A DNA stretch of 64,000 bases from Felis catus (GCF_018350175.1 NC_058369.1:1552001-1616000), one strand, 5' to 3'. Positions 1 to 41,831 are shown, counted from the first letter of the stretch. The notes: generated from the sequence alone by a model not told the origin. Program-made: numbers and translations.

Positions 1-99
1 TTTACTGCACCAGCGCTGAACCCCCCTTCTGGAATCCACACTCACAAGGACAGGCACAAACTTCTGCTCCATCCATCCTTTCCGATTTCTGTTAGCGAT

Positions 100-460
100 T
101 TTTTTTATTGCAATAGAGTACACCCAACCTAAAATTCACCATCGTAACCATCTCTGAGCGCACAGCTCAGTGGCGTCAGGCACACTCACACTGTGGTGCA
201 GCCACCCCCATCATCCGTGTCCAGAACTTTCCATCTCCCCACACTGACACTCTGTCCCCATGAAACATGGACTCCCTGCCCCCTGCCCCACCCCTGGCTC
301 CCACACGTACTCTCTGTCTCTGTGGATGGGACTCCTCTAGGGACCTCCTGTGAGTGGGGTCACGCAGGACTCGTCCGTGTCTGGCTTCTGTCCTTCTGTC
401 CTGTGGCGCACAGTGTCCTCGGGGTCCCACCACGTTATAGCAGGTGTCAGGATTCCTTTG
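100..460 (-). mobile_element. Old L1 (L1MB-like) 3'UTR fragment, GC-shifted
   Basis: Similar to the copies at 3490-4230 and 23340-24120 and to the L1MB 3' end. Confidence 0.75.
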
Positions 461-2013
461 GGAGAATACACATGGAATGGCTAGGAGCAAGGGCTGGTGA
501 GGAGAGTCAGGTGAGGACCAAGACTTTGAACTTGGTGCTGAGGGTGGTAAAGAGCTACTGAAGGGCCAGGGAGTAGCGCCATTGTATGTGTGCAGACCAG
601 GGCCTCTCTCCCTTGGCGCTGTGGACATGTGGGGCATCCTGGGCTGCGAGAAGTTGAGAAGCATTTCCAACTTCCACCCCCTCAATGCTGAGTGCCCCTA
701 GTCATGACAGCCGCAAACATCCCCAAACATCTGCCCACTGTCCCCTGAAGGCAAAATCACCCTGGGTGAGATCCCCTGGTCTAGGTAGCTATCTCTAGTT
801 GTATAAAAAATGGGTAGGTTGACGCAGGCCTGGAGTCAGCAAGAACACCACTAGCCCAGGGAAGGGGAGAAGGTATGGGAGCAGGAATGGGTGGGGGGGG
901 GACCCCTGGAGAGGAGGAAGGAGGTGGAGTGGCCAGATTTGGAGGTGACCAGCAAGGAAGGGAAGGAAGATGGAGAAGTGATAGAGGAAGAGTGGGGGGG
1001 GGGAAGGGGGCTGGTCTAGAGCATCAGCAGATGGGAGAGGTAGTCCCCAGGAGTCTGGAGAGGGAAGAGTGAGCAGGTTGGCTGGGGTAATACACTTCCC
1101 ACTTGGGACAAGCTGAGCTGTGTGCAGAAGCGTCCCATGTCCATTCCCATCTGAAGCTCCAGAGAGACATGAACTGGAAACTTCTATGTGGGGCTTGCTG
1201 GTAGATAAATGATCACTGGTGCTGTGGACTCTCCTAGGGGCAGCACCAGAGAAGGGAGCCATGGAGGACGGGGTGGGAGAAGGCTGACAGATAGTGACGA
1301 GAAAGGCCTCTGCAGCTTACAACTAGTTGATGTGTTTTGTTTTGTGGTTGCTTACATGGTCCCATCAAGATGTTACCAGCAGAGGAGCCAGCTGGTGAGG
1401 ACACAAAGACCTAGCGGAAGGCCCCTCTATCACTCCTGCTGCCTCTAGGAAGCCCCTAATCAGACTGGAAGAGGAGTTTAGGACGGAGTTTCCTGACCAC
1501 AGGCCCGCTGGGGCTACATGTCCACAAGTCTACAAAGGCCTTGGGGGAATAGGCACCCCAACACATGGGGAGGTGACATCTGGGACCCTGAACTCCGACG
1601 ACCCTGACATTGTGTTGACTGTAGTGTGTGTTTGTCTGACCAGAGCTGAAGAGGTGGGTGAAGAGAATCTTCCTTAGTGCCCGTGTAGTAGAAGTTACTG
1701 CTCCCTGCTTTAGCGCGTCGATGAGTCATAAGCTTGGTCTTATAAGAGAGACAACCCCATCCTGAACCAGTTCAAGCAAAGATTGGCTCCTTTGTCTGGG
1801 CAATCCAGAAGAAGCCCTGGCCTCTGGCAGAGCTGGGTCACTCGGTCTTGTCCCTTGAAGCGTGCCCCTGGATGTGCCCCCCCACATCTCTTCCTTCAGG
1901 GTGTTGATCTCATCCTCCTTCCTGTTGACAGTCAAGGTGGCCCCAAGCCTACCTATGGCAGTTTAAGAGCCCCACTGGGAAGAATGCTTCCCCTCTATTC
2001 CCCCCTATTATTG

Positions 2014-2090
2014 TTAGTTGAACTGTATGAAATTGATCATGTCCTGTTGTTTTTGGTCTAAAAAAAGGGCAATTTCATACAGTTGAAACT
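2014..2090. mobile_element. MADE2-like mariner MITE
   Basis: ~77-bp element with inverted repeats AACTGTATGAAATTG (2021-2035) and CAATTTCATACAGTT (2070-2084). Confidence 0.75.
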
Positions 2091-2606
2091 CAGGGAAGAA
2101 ACTCAGTTGGCTTGCTTCAGTCATGCATGACCCCATGGACCAATCACTGATGAGAGTGAAGAGGTGGGTATCGTGACTGGCAGGCCCGGGTTCAGTGTGG
2201 ACCTGGCACCAAAGGGGGTGGGCATGAGAGTGTGACTGGTAGGTCTGGTGGCCAGGTGTGTGGGGCTCACGCCTGGGTAAGTCTTCCCCAAAGAAAGTGA
2301 TCTGGGAAGACAAAAACGATATTGCCACCCCACGTTATAAGAAATGAGAACTAAAGGGACAAGGCCGATCATTGGCCATAATTAGGCCTGAAGAGGTTTA
2401 CCTTTCTGGGGGTCACAGACTACTTGGGTTGAAGCTGGAACGTGGATTTTGGTCTTCTGATGACCAGCATTCCTTCCACCTGACTGTAGAGCACCATGGG
2501 GGAAAGGCAGTTCCCATTTTCGAGATGTTTTTCCTATGAAGATGCCTAATGTCCTGAATCAACACTCAACCCTCTCTCCTGGGTCAGCACTGCCCACAGA
2601 AAGCTT

Positions 2607-2968
2607 GTATTAGATTCCTGTTGCTGCTGTAACAATGTGGGCCTCCCGGAGCTACATCCAGGTGTGGGCAGGGCTGGTTCCTCCCGGGGGTCCCAAGGAG
2701 ACCCGTCTCTCCCCTTTTCCACATCCGTGGCCTGTGGCCACTCTTCCATACTCACAGCCAGCAGCACGAGGTCTGCCCCTCTCTCTGCCTCCCTCTTATG
2801 AGGACCTCATGAGGACACTGCACCTCTGAAGAACCCAGGGTCACCCCTGCCTTAGGGGGCTCAATTTGGCCCCCCTGGCAAAGTGCCTTCAATGTGCGAG
2901 GCGAGCATGTCCAAGGTCCCGGGGACGAGGACATGGACGCCTTTAGAGCTATTCTTCCACCTACCACA
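2607..2968 (-). mobile_element. MaLR MLT1-type LTR
   Basis: TGTATTAGATTCCTGTTGCTGCTGTAACAA ... CCTACCACA termini. Confidence 0.7.
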
Positions 2969-3489
2969 GGGTCTAAGCAAAATGCCACTTCTGTGGAAGT
3001 GCCCAGGGACACTGTCAGGTTGTTTGGACCAAACAGTCCCTGCCTTTCTAAGCCTTGCTTGGTTCAAAGGCAGATTTTGTAGCCTGATTTTTATCTGCCC
3101 TCCACCAAGCCTGCCAACTGCCGGATGAGGTTTCTCGGCCCTTGGAGGAGGCCGCGTGGGGGTCGTGCCGGGGCGCGAATGCACTGGTGCAGGTCCAGCC
3201 CGGGGATCAGCGGGACTCAGAGGTGCAGCCAGCAGGCGGCCGGCTCCTCCTGAGTTTCCTTGTTTGTTCACAGAATCTGGCTCCTGGCTCTCCACATTCT
3301 GGATGTTTCTGCATCAACTGTGTCCTGCTGCTCCCCATGGTTATTGGCTTCCTCCTCACCTCCTCCAGCTGTCCGCCTCCTGTTTCAGTTTGTGGCCTAT
3401 GTACCTCCTTGCTTGCTCTCTCTCCTGATCCCTCCCCTCCCTTCTTCTTTCTTTTCCTTTCTTCCTCCTCCCTCCTTCCCTTCCTCTCT

Positions 3490-4230
3490 TTCAGTAATAC
3501 ACACAAGACACCTTAACCATGTCTAAGTACACAGCTCACTGACATTAAGCACATTCACATCGTTGTGAATGTTGTCTGCCACCCCACCATCCGTCTCCAG
3601 AACTTTCCATCTCCCCAAACTGAGGCTATGTCCCCATGAAGCACTGACTCCTCACCCCCCTGCCCTAGCCCTGGCTCCCACCATCTACTCTCTGTCTGTG
3701 AACAGGACTCCTCTAGGGACCTCCTTTATGAGTGGGTTCGTGCAGGATGTGTCCTTCTGTGTCTGGCTTCTGTCCCTGCACACAGCGTCCTCAGGGTCCA
3801 TCCACATGGTGGCAGGTGGCAGGATGCCTTCCTTCCTGAGGCTGAACAAGAATATTCCAGCGTGTGGGTGGACACATTGTGTTTGTCTTTGACCCACCGA
3901 TGGACACTTGGGGTGTTTCCACCTCTTGGCCATTGTGGATGCTGCTGCTGTGAACACAGATATATTAGAGCTTCATGAGCCCACTTTCAGGTTCTTCGGG
4001 TGTATACCTGGGAATGGCATTGCTGGGTCCTGTGGTCATTCTATGTGATAATTTTATGCAATTCATATGGTAATTGTATTTCATTGTTTGAGGAGCCACC
4101 AAGCTGTTTTCCACAGTGGCCGCCCCATTTTCCATTCCCACCAGCCACGCACAAGTCTTCTGACTTCACATCCTCGCCAACTCTTGTTATTGTCTGTTTT
4201 TGGATGATGGCCACCCTAATGGGTGTGATA
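3490..4230 (-). mobile_element. Old L1 (L1MB-like) 3' fragment
   Basis: GATGGACACTTGGGGTGTTTCCACCTCTTGGCCATTGTG, etc.; the minus-strand ORF MFTAAASTMAKRWKHPKCPS is an L1 ORF2 C-terminal remnant. Confidence 0.85.
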
Positions 4231-4332
4231 TCTCTCTTTAGCTCTTCCTTCGTGAAGAGTGAACTACCAACTATAAGGTCAGAGGTTGAGACTGCCTGCA
4301 CATCTGACACCACATGCGAGTTCAGAGGGGTT

Positions 4333-5283
4333 CTGGGGTGAATTCTGTCCCCTCAGATTTTGTATGTTGAAGTCCTAACCACCAACACTTCAGAAGGATA
4401 ATTATTGGAAAATAAGGTCTTCACAGAGGTGACCAAATTAAAATGGGGTCATTAGGGTGAGTCCTAGTGCTCTATGACTGATGTCCTTATAAGAAGGGAC
4501 CTTGGGACACAGACGTGCACACAGGGAGAAGGTCCTATGAAGACGAGGCAGAGATGAGGGGATGCTTCTACAGGCCAAGGGTCATGACTGCTGTGACCAG
4601 CAGAATCTAGGAGCCTGGGGCAGGTTCCCCCTCACAGCCTCAGAAGGAACCAGCACTACCTACACCTTGAGTTTGGACCTCTGGCCTCCAGGGGTGGGAG
4701 AGAATATATCTCTGCTGTTTGAGCTGCTCAGTTTGTGTTGCTCTGTTATGGCAGCCCCAGGAGACTCATGCAGGGAGGTCCCCTGCACCGCTCTTAGGTG
4801 TAACAACTCCCTAGAAAGACTCAGAACTCACTAAAAGCGGGTACAGTCACAGTTACGGCTTTTAGGGATTAACATTACAGGGTAAAAGGAGCCAAAGAGA
4901 GAGGCCAGTGGGGAAGAGGGCAGCTGTCTCAGTCTGCTCGGGCAGCTCTAGCTGGACACCATCAACCAGGTGGCTGATGAACAACACACATTTCTCATGG
5001 CTCTGGAGGCTGGAAATCCAAGTTCAAGGCACTGGCAGGTTCCATATCTGGTGAGAGCCTGTTTCCTGGTTCACAGATGGCCATATTCTCACTGTGTCTT
5101 CACATGGAGCAGGGGCCAGGGAGCTCTCTGGGGCCTCCCTTACAGGGGCACTTACCCCATTCATGCGGGCTGTACCCTCATGACTTAATCCCTCCCAGAG
5201 GCCCCACCTCCCCGTACCGTCATCTTGGGGAGTAGGGTTTCAGCATATGGATTTGGGGGGACAGAGACACTAGTCTGCAGCAC
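4333..5283. mobile_element. Two MLT1-type LTRs (4333-4768 plus; 4926-5283 minus) among MER21-like LTR pieces
   Basis: MaLR wording (TATGTTGAAGTCCTAACC..., TTTCTCATGGCTCTGGAGGCTGGAAATCCAAG). Confidence 0.7.
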
Positions 5284-6034
5284 CAGGACAAAGACAAAGC
5301 CTGACGCTTCCATGGTCCTCTCCCTGCGCAGTCAGGGTGTGTTGTTCTTGGGGCACGTGTGACAACACGCATGGACTATAACCAATCTGAGCAGCACCCC
5401 CTAACTTCCATTTTCTGTGTCCAGAGTTTTTCCCGAGACTGATTCATTGATGGATTTGCTGGCTGATCCACTGATTGCCCACATGGTTGATCTCAGCCTC
5501 CAAGAAAAAGCTCCCAGACACTGAGGATAAAGTCTGGGCTTTCTTTTTGAGCAATCTTAAATTTGGCCTACACATCCTCTCATCGGGCGATCTTTACCCC
5601 CTTGAATTCCCATTCCATTCTTTTCTTGCCAGATTTGCCTTCTCAGATGTGTCTTCAGGAAATATTAAGAAAAAAGACAGCAGGCACACTTGCCCCATGA
5701 GTACTTCCTGGGTCATTGGCACAGAGAAGGAGCTTTGCTCAGGACAATACAACCCAAAATGTGGCCTGGTCTCCCAAGGACACCAGGGTTCTGGCAGCTG
5801 ACCTCAGTGCAGTGGATGCTGTGTGGGCTGTCTGGCTTGATGGAACACTGACGGTGACCGCTGTAAGGATAGCTTTGGGTGCATCGGGTATTTTGATGCC
5901 AAGCACACTCAGTTCTAAGTATTTTAATTAGCTATAATTTCTTCCTGGGATCATTAATTCTGTAGAAGTAATTTTAGACTTTTCAACCATGATTTTGTTA
6001 CTTCCAGTCATCTAATTTAATTGCACTGCCACGA

Positions 6035-6246
6035 GGGGCACGTGGGTGGCTCAGTTGGTTAGGCGACAGACTTCGGCTCAGGTCATGATCTTGCAGTTTG
6101 TGAGTTCGAGCCCTACGTCGGGCTCTATGCTGACAGCTCAGAGCCCGGAGCCTCCTTCGGGTTCTATGTCTCCCCCTCTCTCTACCCCTCCCCTGCTCAC
6201 GCTCTGTGTCTCTCAATAATAAATAAACCGTTAAAAAAAAAAAAAA
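6035..6246 (+). mobile_element. Can-SINE (SINEC, feline type)
   Basis: tRNA-derived head GGGGCACGTGGGTGGCTCAGTTGGTT, B-box GAGTTCGAGCCC, CT-rich segment, A tail; degenerate TSD TTTAATTGCACT(G)CCAC. Confidence 0.92.
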
Positions 6247-7096
6247 CTTTAATTGCACTCCACAAGACATGTGCATCGAGTGTAGAGTTTTTGGGTTTTG
6301 TGGAGATTTGCTTTGTGGTTAAGTACATGATTAATTTTTGTAAATATTTCGTGTGTGCCTGAAAAAGTAAATTTATTCCCAATACAGAGAATCCTGAAAA
6401 AGTAAACTTATTCTCAGTATAGGGAATATAGGTCCATTAAGTAAACTTGTCTAGTGTTAAATTTTGGTATTACATACATAAGAGTTTACAATTTTTCTCT
6501 CTTCCATTTTGTGCCTTTTGCGGTTTACAAGAGACCACCTAAAACATCTAGCTGACTTTTAAAAAAACCTAACCTCACCAATTCTTTTACATTTAAGTAC
6601 ATTTGTATGTTTTCTTTTTCTCTTTCTCTGCCTTCTTCCCTTTCTCCTGCATTCACATCTTTTTTCACTCTACTATTTGGAAGCTATCCATTTCAGTTCT
6701 GTTATCAAAATTGCTCTTAAAATTTTTCCATGCATAAACATGGAACCACTTGACAAGTGAAACCACTTGACAAGGTCTGAAATTAATCACTGAACCTTTT
6801 TTTCTCTGAACCTTAGAGTCTTTCAACTGCACTCATGCCTCCATCTTGTAGCTGGTTCAGCCTTGGTATCTGTGCACCCCAAGTTGGTCAGTATTATCAT
6901 TTTATAGACACAGTGCTTTTCCGATGCTTCCCCATGTTAACCAGTATCTGGGTTCATGGTGCTTCTGCATTTCACCTCTTTGTTCCAAATCCAACTTTAG
7001 TTTTCCTCATTCCATCCTTCAGTAGCGTTTTTCAGTGCTGGTGTGTTAGTGCTGAGCTTCACAGTCTTCCTGCAATTGTCTGAATTTGAGTCTCCC

Positions 7097-7330
7097 TTTT
7101 TTTTTTTTTTTTTTTTTTAAACATTTTTTAACGTTTATTTATTTTTGAGACAAAAAGAGACAGAGCATGAACGGGGGAGGGTCAGAGAGACAGAGACACA
7201 GAATCTGAAACAGGCTCCAGGCTCTGAGCTGTCAGCACAGAGCCCAACGCGGGGCTCGAACTCACGGACTGCGAGATCATGACCTGAGCCGAAGTCGGCC
7301 GCTTAACCGACTGAGCTACCCAGGCGCCTC
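7097..7330 (-). mobile_element. Can-SINE
   Basis: Reverse-strand SINEC with T tract; TSD TTGAGTCTCC. Confidence 0.92.
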
Positions 7331-7941
7331 TTGAGTCTCCTTCTTGACCATGTGGGTTTAGGTATATGATTGTTGACGGACACCTATTTCCACCTAGCAC
7401 TTTGAACATGTTATTCTCTCACCTCGGTTTCTTTTCTGTTGAGAAATCTGCTGCTCTTAACCAGCATTCCTTTGTAGGTGGCGTATGTCTACTTTCTAGT
7501 TACTCCTAGAACCTTCTCTTTGTTTTTATTCTGTGGATTTACTCTGAGCATCTGTTTTATCTGTCATGCTTGGCATTGTGCCTTTCAAGTCTGAGGATTC
7601 AGATCTTCCAGCAGTTCTGGAAAGTTCCCAGCTCATTTCTCTTCTAAGATGGCCTCTCCCATTTGTCTAATCTCTCCTTCTCAAACACCAGTGAAATATG
7701 CACCCTGCTTATCCCCATGCACACCTCAGATCACCCCTCCTCATATCTGTGGTAGGCAGAATTCTAAAAGGTTCCTAAGATTTCTGTCCCCCAGCACGAA
7801 TGCCCTGTATAACCCTTCCCCCCGAGTGTGAACCCGCTGAATACAATGTCATGGCCACTGCCTTAAGTCACATTCGATGAACAAGGTGTCAGGATGTGGC
7901 TCCCATCGTCGCCTTACATTCTGTAAGACTCCACCATAGTA

Positions 7942-8160
7942 GGGTGCGTGGGTGGCTCAGTCAGTTAAGTGTCCAATTCTTGGTTTCGGCTCACGTCATG
8001 ATCTGACAGTTCGTGAGTTTGAGGCCCACATCAGGCTCTGCGCTAACAGCATGGAGACTGCTTCGAATCCTCCCTATCCGTCTCTCTCTGCCCCTCCCCT
8101 GCTTGCTTTTTCTCTCTCTCTCTCTCAAAATAAATAAATACACTTAAGAAAAAAAAAAAA
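7942..8160 (+). mobile_element. Can-SINE inserted into an MLT1-type LTR (~7748-8510)
   Basis: SINEC head and tail; flanks read as a MaLR LTR (TGTGGTAGGCAGAATTCTAA...). Confidence 0.85.
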
Positions 8161-9547
8161 AGACCCCATCCTAGAACGCTGCAGTGAATTTCTCTCTCTG
8201 GCCTTGACAATGTGGCTACTGGGTTGTCAGGGGCCTGTGAGCTAACAGCAGCCCTAGGCCAACAGCCAGCAGGCCCCACAACTGCCAGGAAACAAATTCT
8301 GGCATATCGGGAGCTCAGAAGTCGATCCTTCCCCAGCTGAGCCTCCGGATGAGAATGCAGCCCAGCTAACAACACCTGACTCACGGCCTCTTGAGACCCA
8401 GAGCAGAGGACCCAGCTGAAAGCTGCCGGGATCCCAGCCACAGAAACCGCAAGAGAAAGTTGTTCTAGGCTGCTATGTCGGCGGAAATGTGCTGAGCAGC
8501 TGCAACAACTGACACACCTTCTCTGCATCGGCCCTTCCTTTCCCACTCAGCTACGGGGCTTTACGCATTTTGTCCTGTGTGGAAATCTGTTCCTTCCGTG
8601 GGCACTTACTGCACTCATGCTCGCTCATCCCTCAGAACTCAGATAACACACCCCTCCCCCAGGGAAGCCCTTCCTGACGCCACCCCCCCTCCCCCCGGGC
8701 CCCATCTAGATCAAAGCTCCTTTTCACACGGACTCAAAGCCCCATGGACACATCTTCATTTTCAAGCCTCAATTGTAGCTGTAATTTTAATTTATTTGGG
8801 GCCCTGCCACTCTGATTTAAGCTCTCTGAGCTCAGAGAATCCCATCTGCCTCCTTTCAGGGCTGGGGACTCAGCACAGAGCACCCAGGCCTGGCCCGTCA
8901 CAAATATCAGACAGACAGAAAGCTGAATGAATGGTGCTTCTATATTCGATGCTAAACAGCATCGGGCCCCTTCTGTGTCCTAATGACAGTGATGACAAGA
9001 CAATTCGGAGAACACAGGAATCCTTAGAAAACCCACAGGCTTGGGGGGGGTAGCAGGGGCAGCTGGGGCTGAATGAATATAGTGTGTGTGTTTGGTTGGG
9101 GGGGGGGCGGTGCGCGTCAATGAGCTCATACACTGAACTTGAGTTTCCAGCCCTAATCACAGAGGTGAATCTTGGTGTCTTTGTCCCTAAAACATTTCAT
9201 CAAGTGATTCTTAGAGATCCCCTGGCTCCTCAGAAGGCAATTCGGCTCAAGTGTGAGAATAAAGGGGTAAGTGTTACACAGCCTCACTCCCCGCCACCCC
9301 CGCACATCTCCCCTTTCTCCTCAGCTCCAGATGGCGGCGGGGAGGCATGGAGTGGCCATTCCCGGCAGGGACACACTCCCTTGAGGATGGAGTATTCTGG
9401 CTGGGCCCCAGCATAGGGTTCCCGCCTTAACAATAAACATCCAGCACAGTCCGATAGATCTGAATTTCAAGCAAACGACAGATACTTTTTTTTTTTTTTT
9501 TTTTAGCGTAAGTAGGTCCCAAATGTTGCACAAGGCGCGTTAGGGGC

Positions 9548-9850
9548 TGTGTCAATCGGGGTTCTCCACAAAGAAACACAGCCAACGTGAAGGCTGGCGA
9601 GCCCGCGATCCGCAGGGCGGACTGGAGACCCAGGGCAGAGCTGATGCTGCAGCTCGAGTCCCCCAGGCCGCCGGGAGGCGGCATTCCTAGTCTCCGAAGG
9701 CCTTCAACTGATTGCATGTGGCCCACCCGCAAGAGGGAGGGTCATCTGCTCTACTCAACATCTGCTCACTGCAAAGGTAGTTACGTCTAACCACTACCTC
9801 CACGGCAACTTCTAGCATAATGTCTGACCCGTCCACCGGGCGCCACAACC
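9548..9850 (-). mobile_element. MLT2-like (ERVL) LTR remnant
   Basis: GGGTTCTCCACAAAGAAACACAGCCAA...GGCCTTCAACTGATTGCATGTGGCCCACCC. Confidence 0.6.
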
Positions 9851-11100
9851 CGGCCCAGAGGACACGTAAAATAGCCAGGCCAGCGACACACTCGTGCTGC
9901 GAAAGCAGGATCTGCTCATCTGAAATCCAGGCGCATCCGGGCGCCCGGTGTTTTCCCTGACACCCAGGCCTGCCGTTGGTGCCCACAGACCCCCCCCCCC
10001 CCCCAGCAGCCCTGTGCCCGCCCGGCGCAGAGAGGGAGCGGCTGCAGGCACGAGGAGGACCAAAGGCCCCCGGAGGGAAAGGCCGACCTACGGCCCGCAC
10101 CCGGCCTACCTGACATGAGGAAGCAGGAGGCCGGCGCGGCCAGGCTGCAGCTACTCTCCTCGCCGCTTCCCGGAAGCTACTCGTCCCGGAGACAGCCTCG
10201 CAAGAAAGCCTCGCGCGGCCTCAGCGGGGTTTCTCGCGAGACTACGATCGAGGCCGCCCCGAGGGGGACTTCCGCTGGGTCTCTTGCGAGACCGCGATCA
10301 ACGGGTGGCCTCGCGTGACCTCGGTTGGGTCTCTCGCGGGATTACGACCAAGTGGTGACTTCGCAGGGCCTGCCTGGTCTCGGGTCTCTCGCGAGACCGG
10401 GATGAAGGGGCGGGCTGGACGCGTGACCATAGGAGCGCATGGCTGCCTCTGGCTCTCTCGGAGCTGAGGCCCTAACGAGGATACGTACCCCGCGTACTGT
10501 CAGCCGAGGGCGCGTCGAGGCCTGTCCCTCCGCCAGGGATGCTGGCGGCTGCGGACGCTCTCGTAGACCCCAGGGCCACGAAGGACGGCGCGGGCGCCCG
10601 ACCTGGCGCTCGGCTAGGCTCCAGTTGGTTCGCTCTGCGTCCGCGTGTTCTGTGCCGCTAGGCCGAGCGGTGGCCTGGAGACTTACCCGTTCTAGCCCCA
10701 GAGCCTGGAATGTGTCGCCTCACGTGGCAGAGGGGTCCTTGTCAAGGCCCCTGAGGCGGGGGTGACTCGGGGAGGCCCCGGGGGCCCGGCGTCCTCACGA
10801 GGTCCTCACGAGAGGGAGGCAGAGAGCCGGGCGGACCCCGCGCTGCTGGCCGTGAGGATGAGGAGGGCCCCGCGGGCCCAGGATGCGGCGCCTCTGGAAG
10901 TTGGAAAAGTGGGGAGACGGGTCTCCCTGGGGCTCCGGGGGGAACCGGCCCTGCCCGGGCCTGGATGTTAGGACTTCTGAGGCCAGACTGCTTAGTAATA
11001 AATCTGGGTTCCTCGGCGACACTAGGTTTGCGGTGATTTGTTAAACGGCGACCAGGAAGTCACGCATCCGTCTTGGCAGTGGACCCCAGGGACCCGGGGG
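9830..11100. promoter_or_regulatory. CpG-island promoter upstream of TMPRSS9 with four TCTCGCGAGA-type motifs (10232, 10282, 10332, 10387)
   Basis: High CpG density; TCTCGCGAGA, TCTTGCGAGA, TCTCGCGGGA, TCTCGCGAGA; CCGGAAG near 10170. The TMPRSS9 ATG exon has its own acceptor (tttcttgctggcatccag|11280), implying an upstream non-coding exon. Confidence 0.75.
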
Positions 11101-11304
11101 AGCCCGCATGCACAGGCCCAGCCAGCAATCACGCTGTGCCGCCTTTTATGACTTTAAGACAGGCACCTAGGGCACTGTTGGAGGCTGCCACATCTGCACA
11201 AGTAAACCCGTTGCTTAGGGGAAGAGACGCATCCTCCAGCCCTGACCCTGTTTTTTCGCCCTTTCTTGCTGGCATCCAGGTCGCCTTCCCAGTGTGTAGG
11301 AGCC

Positions 11305-40450
<29,146 letters not shown>

Positions 40451-40605
40451 CCGCCAGCACGTGGCTGCACACGCCCGGGACCAGAGGTGACGGCGCCAGG
40501 AACCGGCTGGCCCCTCTGCCCGAGGAGGAGAGTCTAGGTGGTGGGCGGGCGGGGGGCTAGGGGGCTGCGGGTAACCGGGTGCACGTTTGCTGCTTATTTG
40601 GATCC

Positions 40606-40611
40606 AATAAA
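40606..40611 (+). terminator. TMPRSS9 polyadenylation signal
   Basis: AATAAA 156 nt after the stop codon. Confidence 0.75.
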
Positions 40612-41306
40612 CAGCCCCTTGTCCCTAGCCTGCTGGCTCAGCACCTCCGTATCACAGCAGGGACCGTTCGGCTGCTGCTCACCCGGGGCCCAGATATGGG
40701 AGGTGCGGGGAAGGGGCAGCAAGGCCTCCCCGGGGCAAGACTACCCTCCGTCTTTGGCGCCGGAGCTGGGGGGGGGGGGGGGGGGGTCTGGCCAAGCCTC
40801 CTCTCCAAGCTGCTTTTCGCGTGAGCAACCGGCTCCCGGTCATGGTCATTGGAAACCAGGGGCACAGAGGGTAAAGAGGCGCAGGCCGGTCAGGGGACCC
40901 GGGAACACGCCGGGCCACCTCCCGCAGAGACCCCCTCCAGGGAACACCGATCGGGTGCTCTCCGCACCTCCCTTATTGGCCCCCACCTTCAGGTGGCCAC
41001 AGCCAGGTGGGGCCTGACTATGCCCCCAGGTCCCAGGGCGGATTCTCCGCCCCAGGTGCACGGTGAGCCTGGACCCCGCAGGGGCCGCGCCGCCTGCAAT
41101 CTGGGAAGTCCCAGGGCCCCCCACGACCCGAGGGAGCGACGACCCCAGTGTGGCGGCACCGGTCTCGTCCTCAGGAACCACGGGCAGGCAGGATGCACAG
41201 GCGGGCCCCCGCTTCACAAAGGGCCTTTATGGAAACGGAAAAGGGGGTTGGGGTGGGGGCCTGCCGGGAGCCCGCGGGGCCGGACGCGGCGCGGGGGGGG
41301 GGGGGG

Positions 41307-41831
41307 TCACATGTTGGCTCGCTCCCGCTGTAGCCGCGAGTTGTAGGCGCGGGACACGGTGTTCCAGGCGTCCATGTAGCGGTCCATGCACATGGCGATA
41401 CACTTCTGCGGGCGGGAAGGGGGCGCGGCTCGGCTCAGCAACGGCCGGACCGGCGCCCCACCCCAGGCAGCGGGCCGCGCACGCGCACTCGTCCCACCGC
41501 GACGCCCGTTGATCCGCGCACGCGTACTTGCCTCCACGCGGCCCCACGCGCCTCACCTGCTCCGAATTGTCCAGGGAGCCCCCCGGCTTCCCGATGCACT
41601 TCCGGAAGCACTTGTCCGTCATCCTCTGTGGGGACAACGCGAACTCAGCCGCGACACCCGCGCCCGGCGGACCCCACTGCCCTCGGCGCCCGCCCCGGCC
41701 CGACCCCGGACCTGCAGCAGCTCCTGCGCGTTAGCCACGGCGATCTGCACCTTCACCTGCTCCATGATGAGCCCCGGGTCCAGTTTGCCGCCGCCGGAGC
41801 TCCCGAAGTCCGAGCCGAAGCCACCCTCCAT
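41307..41831 (-). CDS. TIMM13: Mitochondrial intermembrane-space small Tim chaperone Tim13, 95 aa; exons 41831-41712, 41625-41557, 41405-41307
   Basis: [10 protein letters not shown]...VANAQELLQ / [23 protein letters not shown] / [32 protein letters not shown]; twin CX3C motif; GT-AG introns, both phase 0. Confidence 0.98.

Noticed and set aside
6359..6775. 35-bp (~6359-6428) and ~17-bp (~6743-6773) tandem duplications
   Set aside because: Local slippage in AT-rich, old L1-like DNA.
8518..8550. Extra 33-nt minus-strand exon-like segment (gtag|...AAG|gtgtgt)
   Set aside because: Poor pyrimidine tract, and it gives a stop in the phase needed for the candidate chain; shows how easily such hits arise by chance.
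10190..10410. Regularly spaced palindromes resembling a CRISPR array
   Set aside because: Mammalian context, no cas genes, and the spacers are related to one another; better explained as a promoter motif array.
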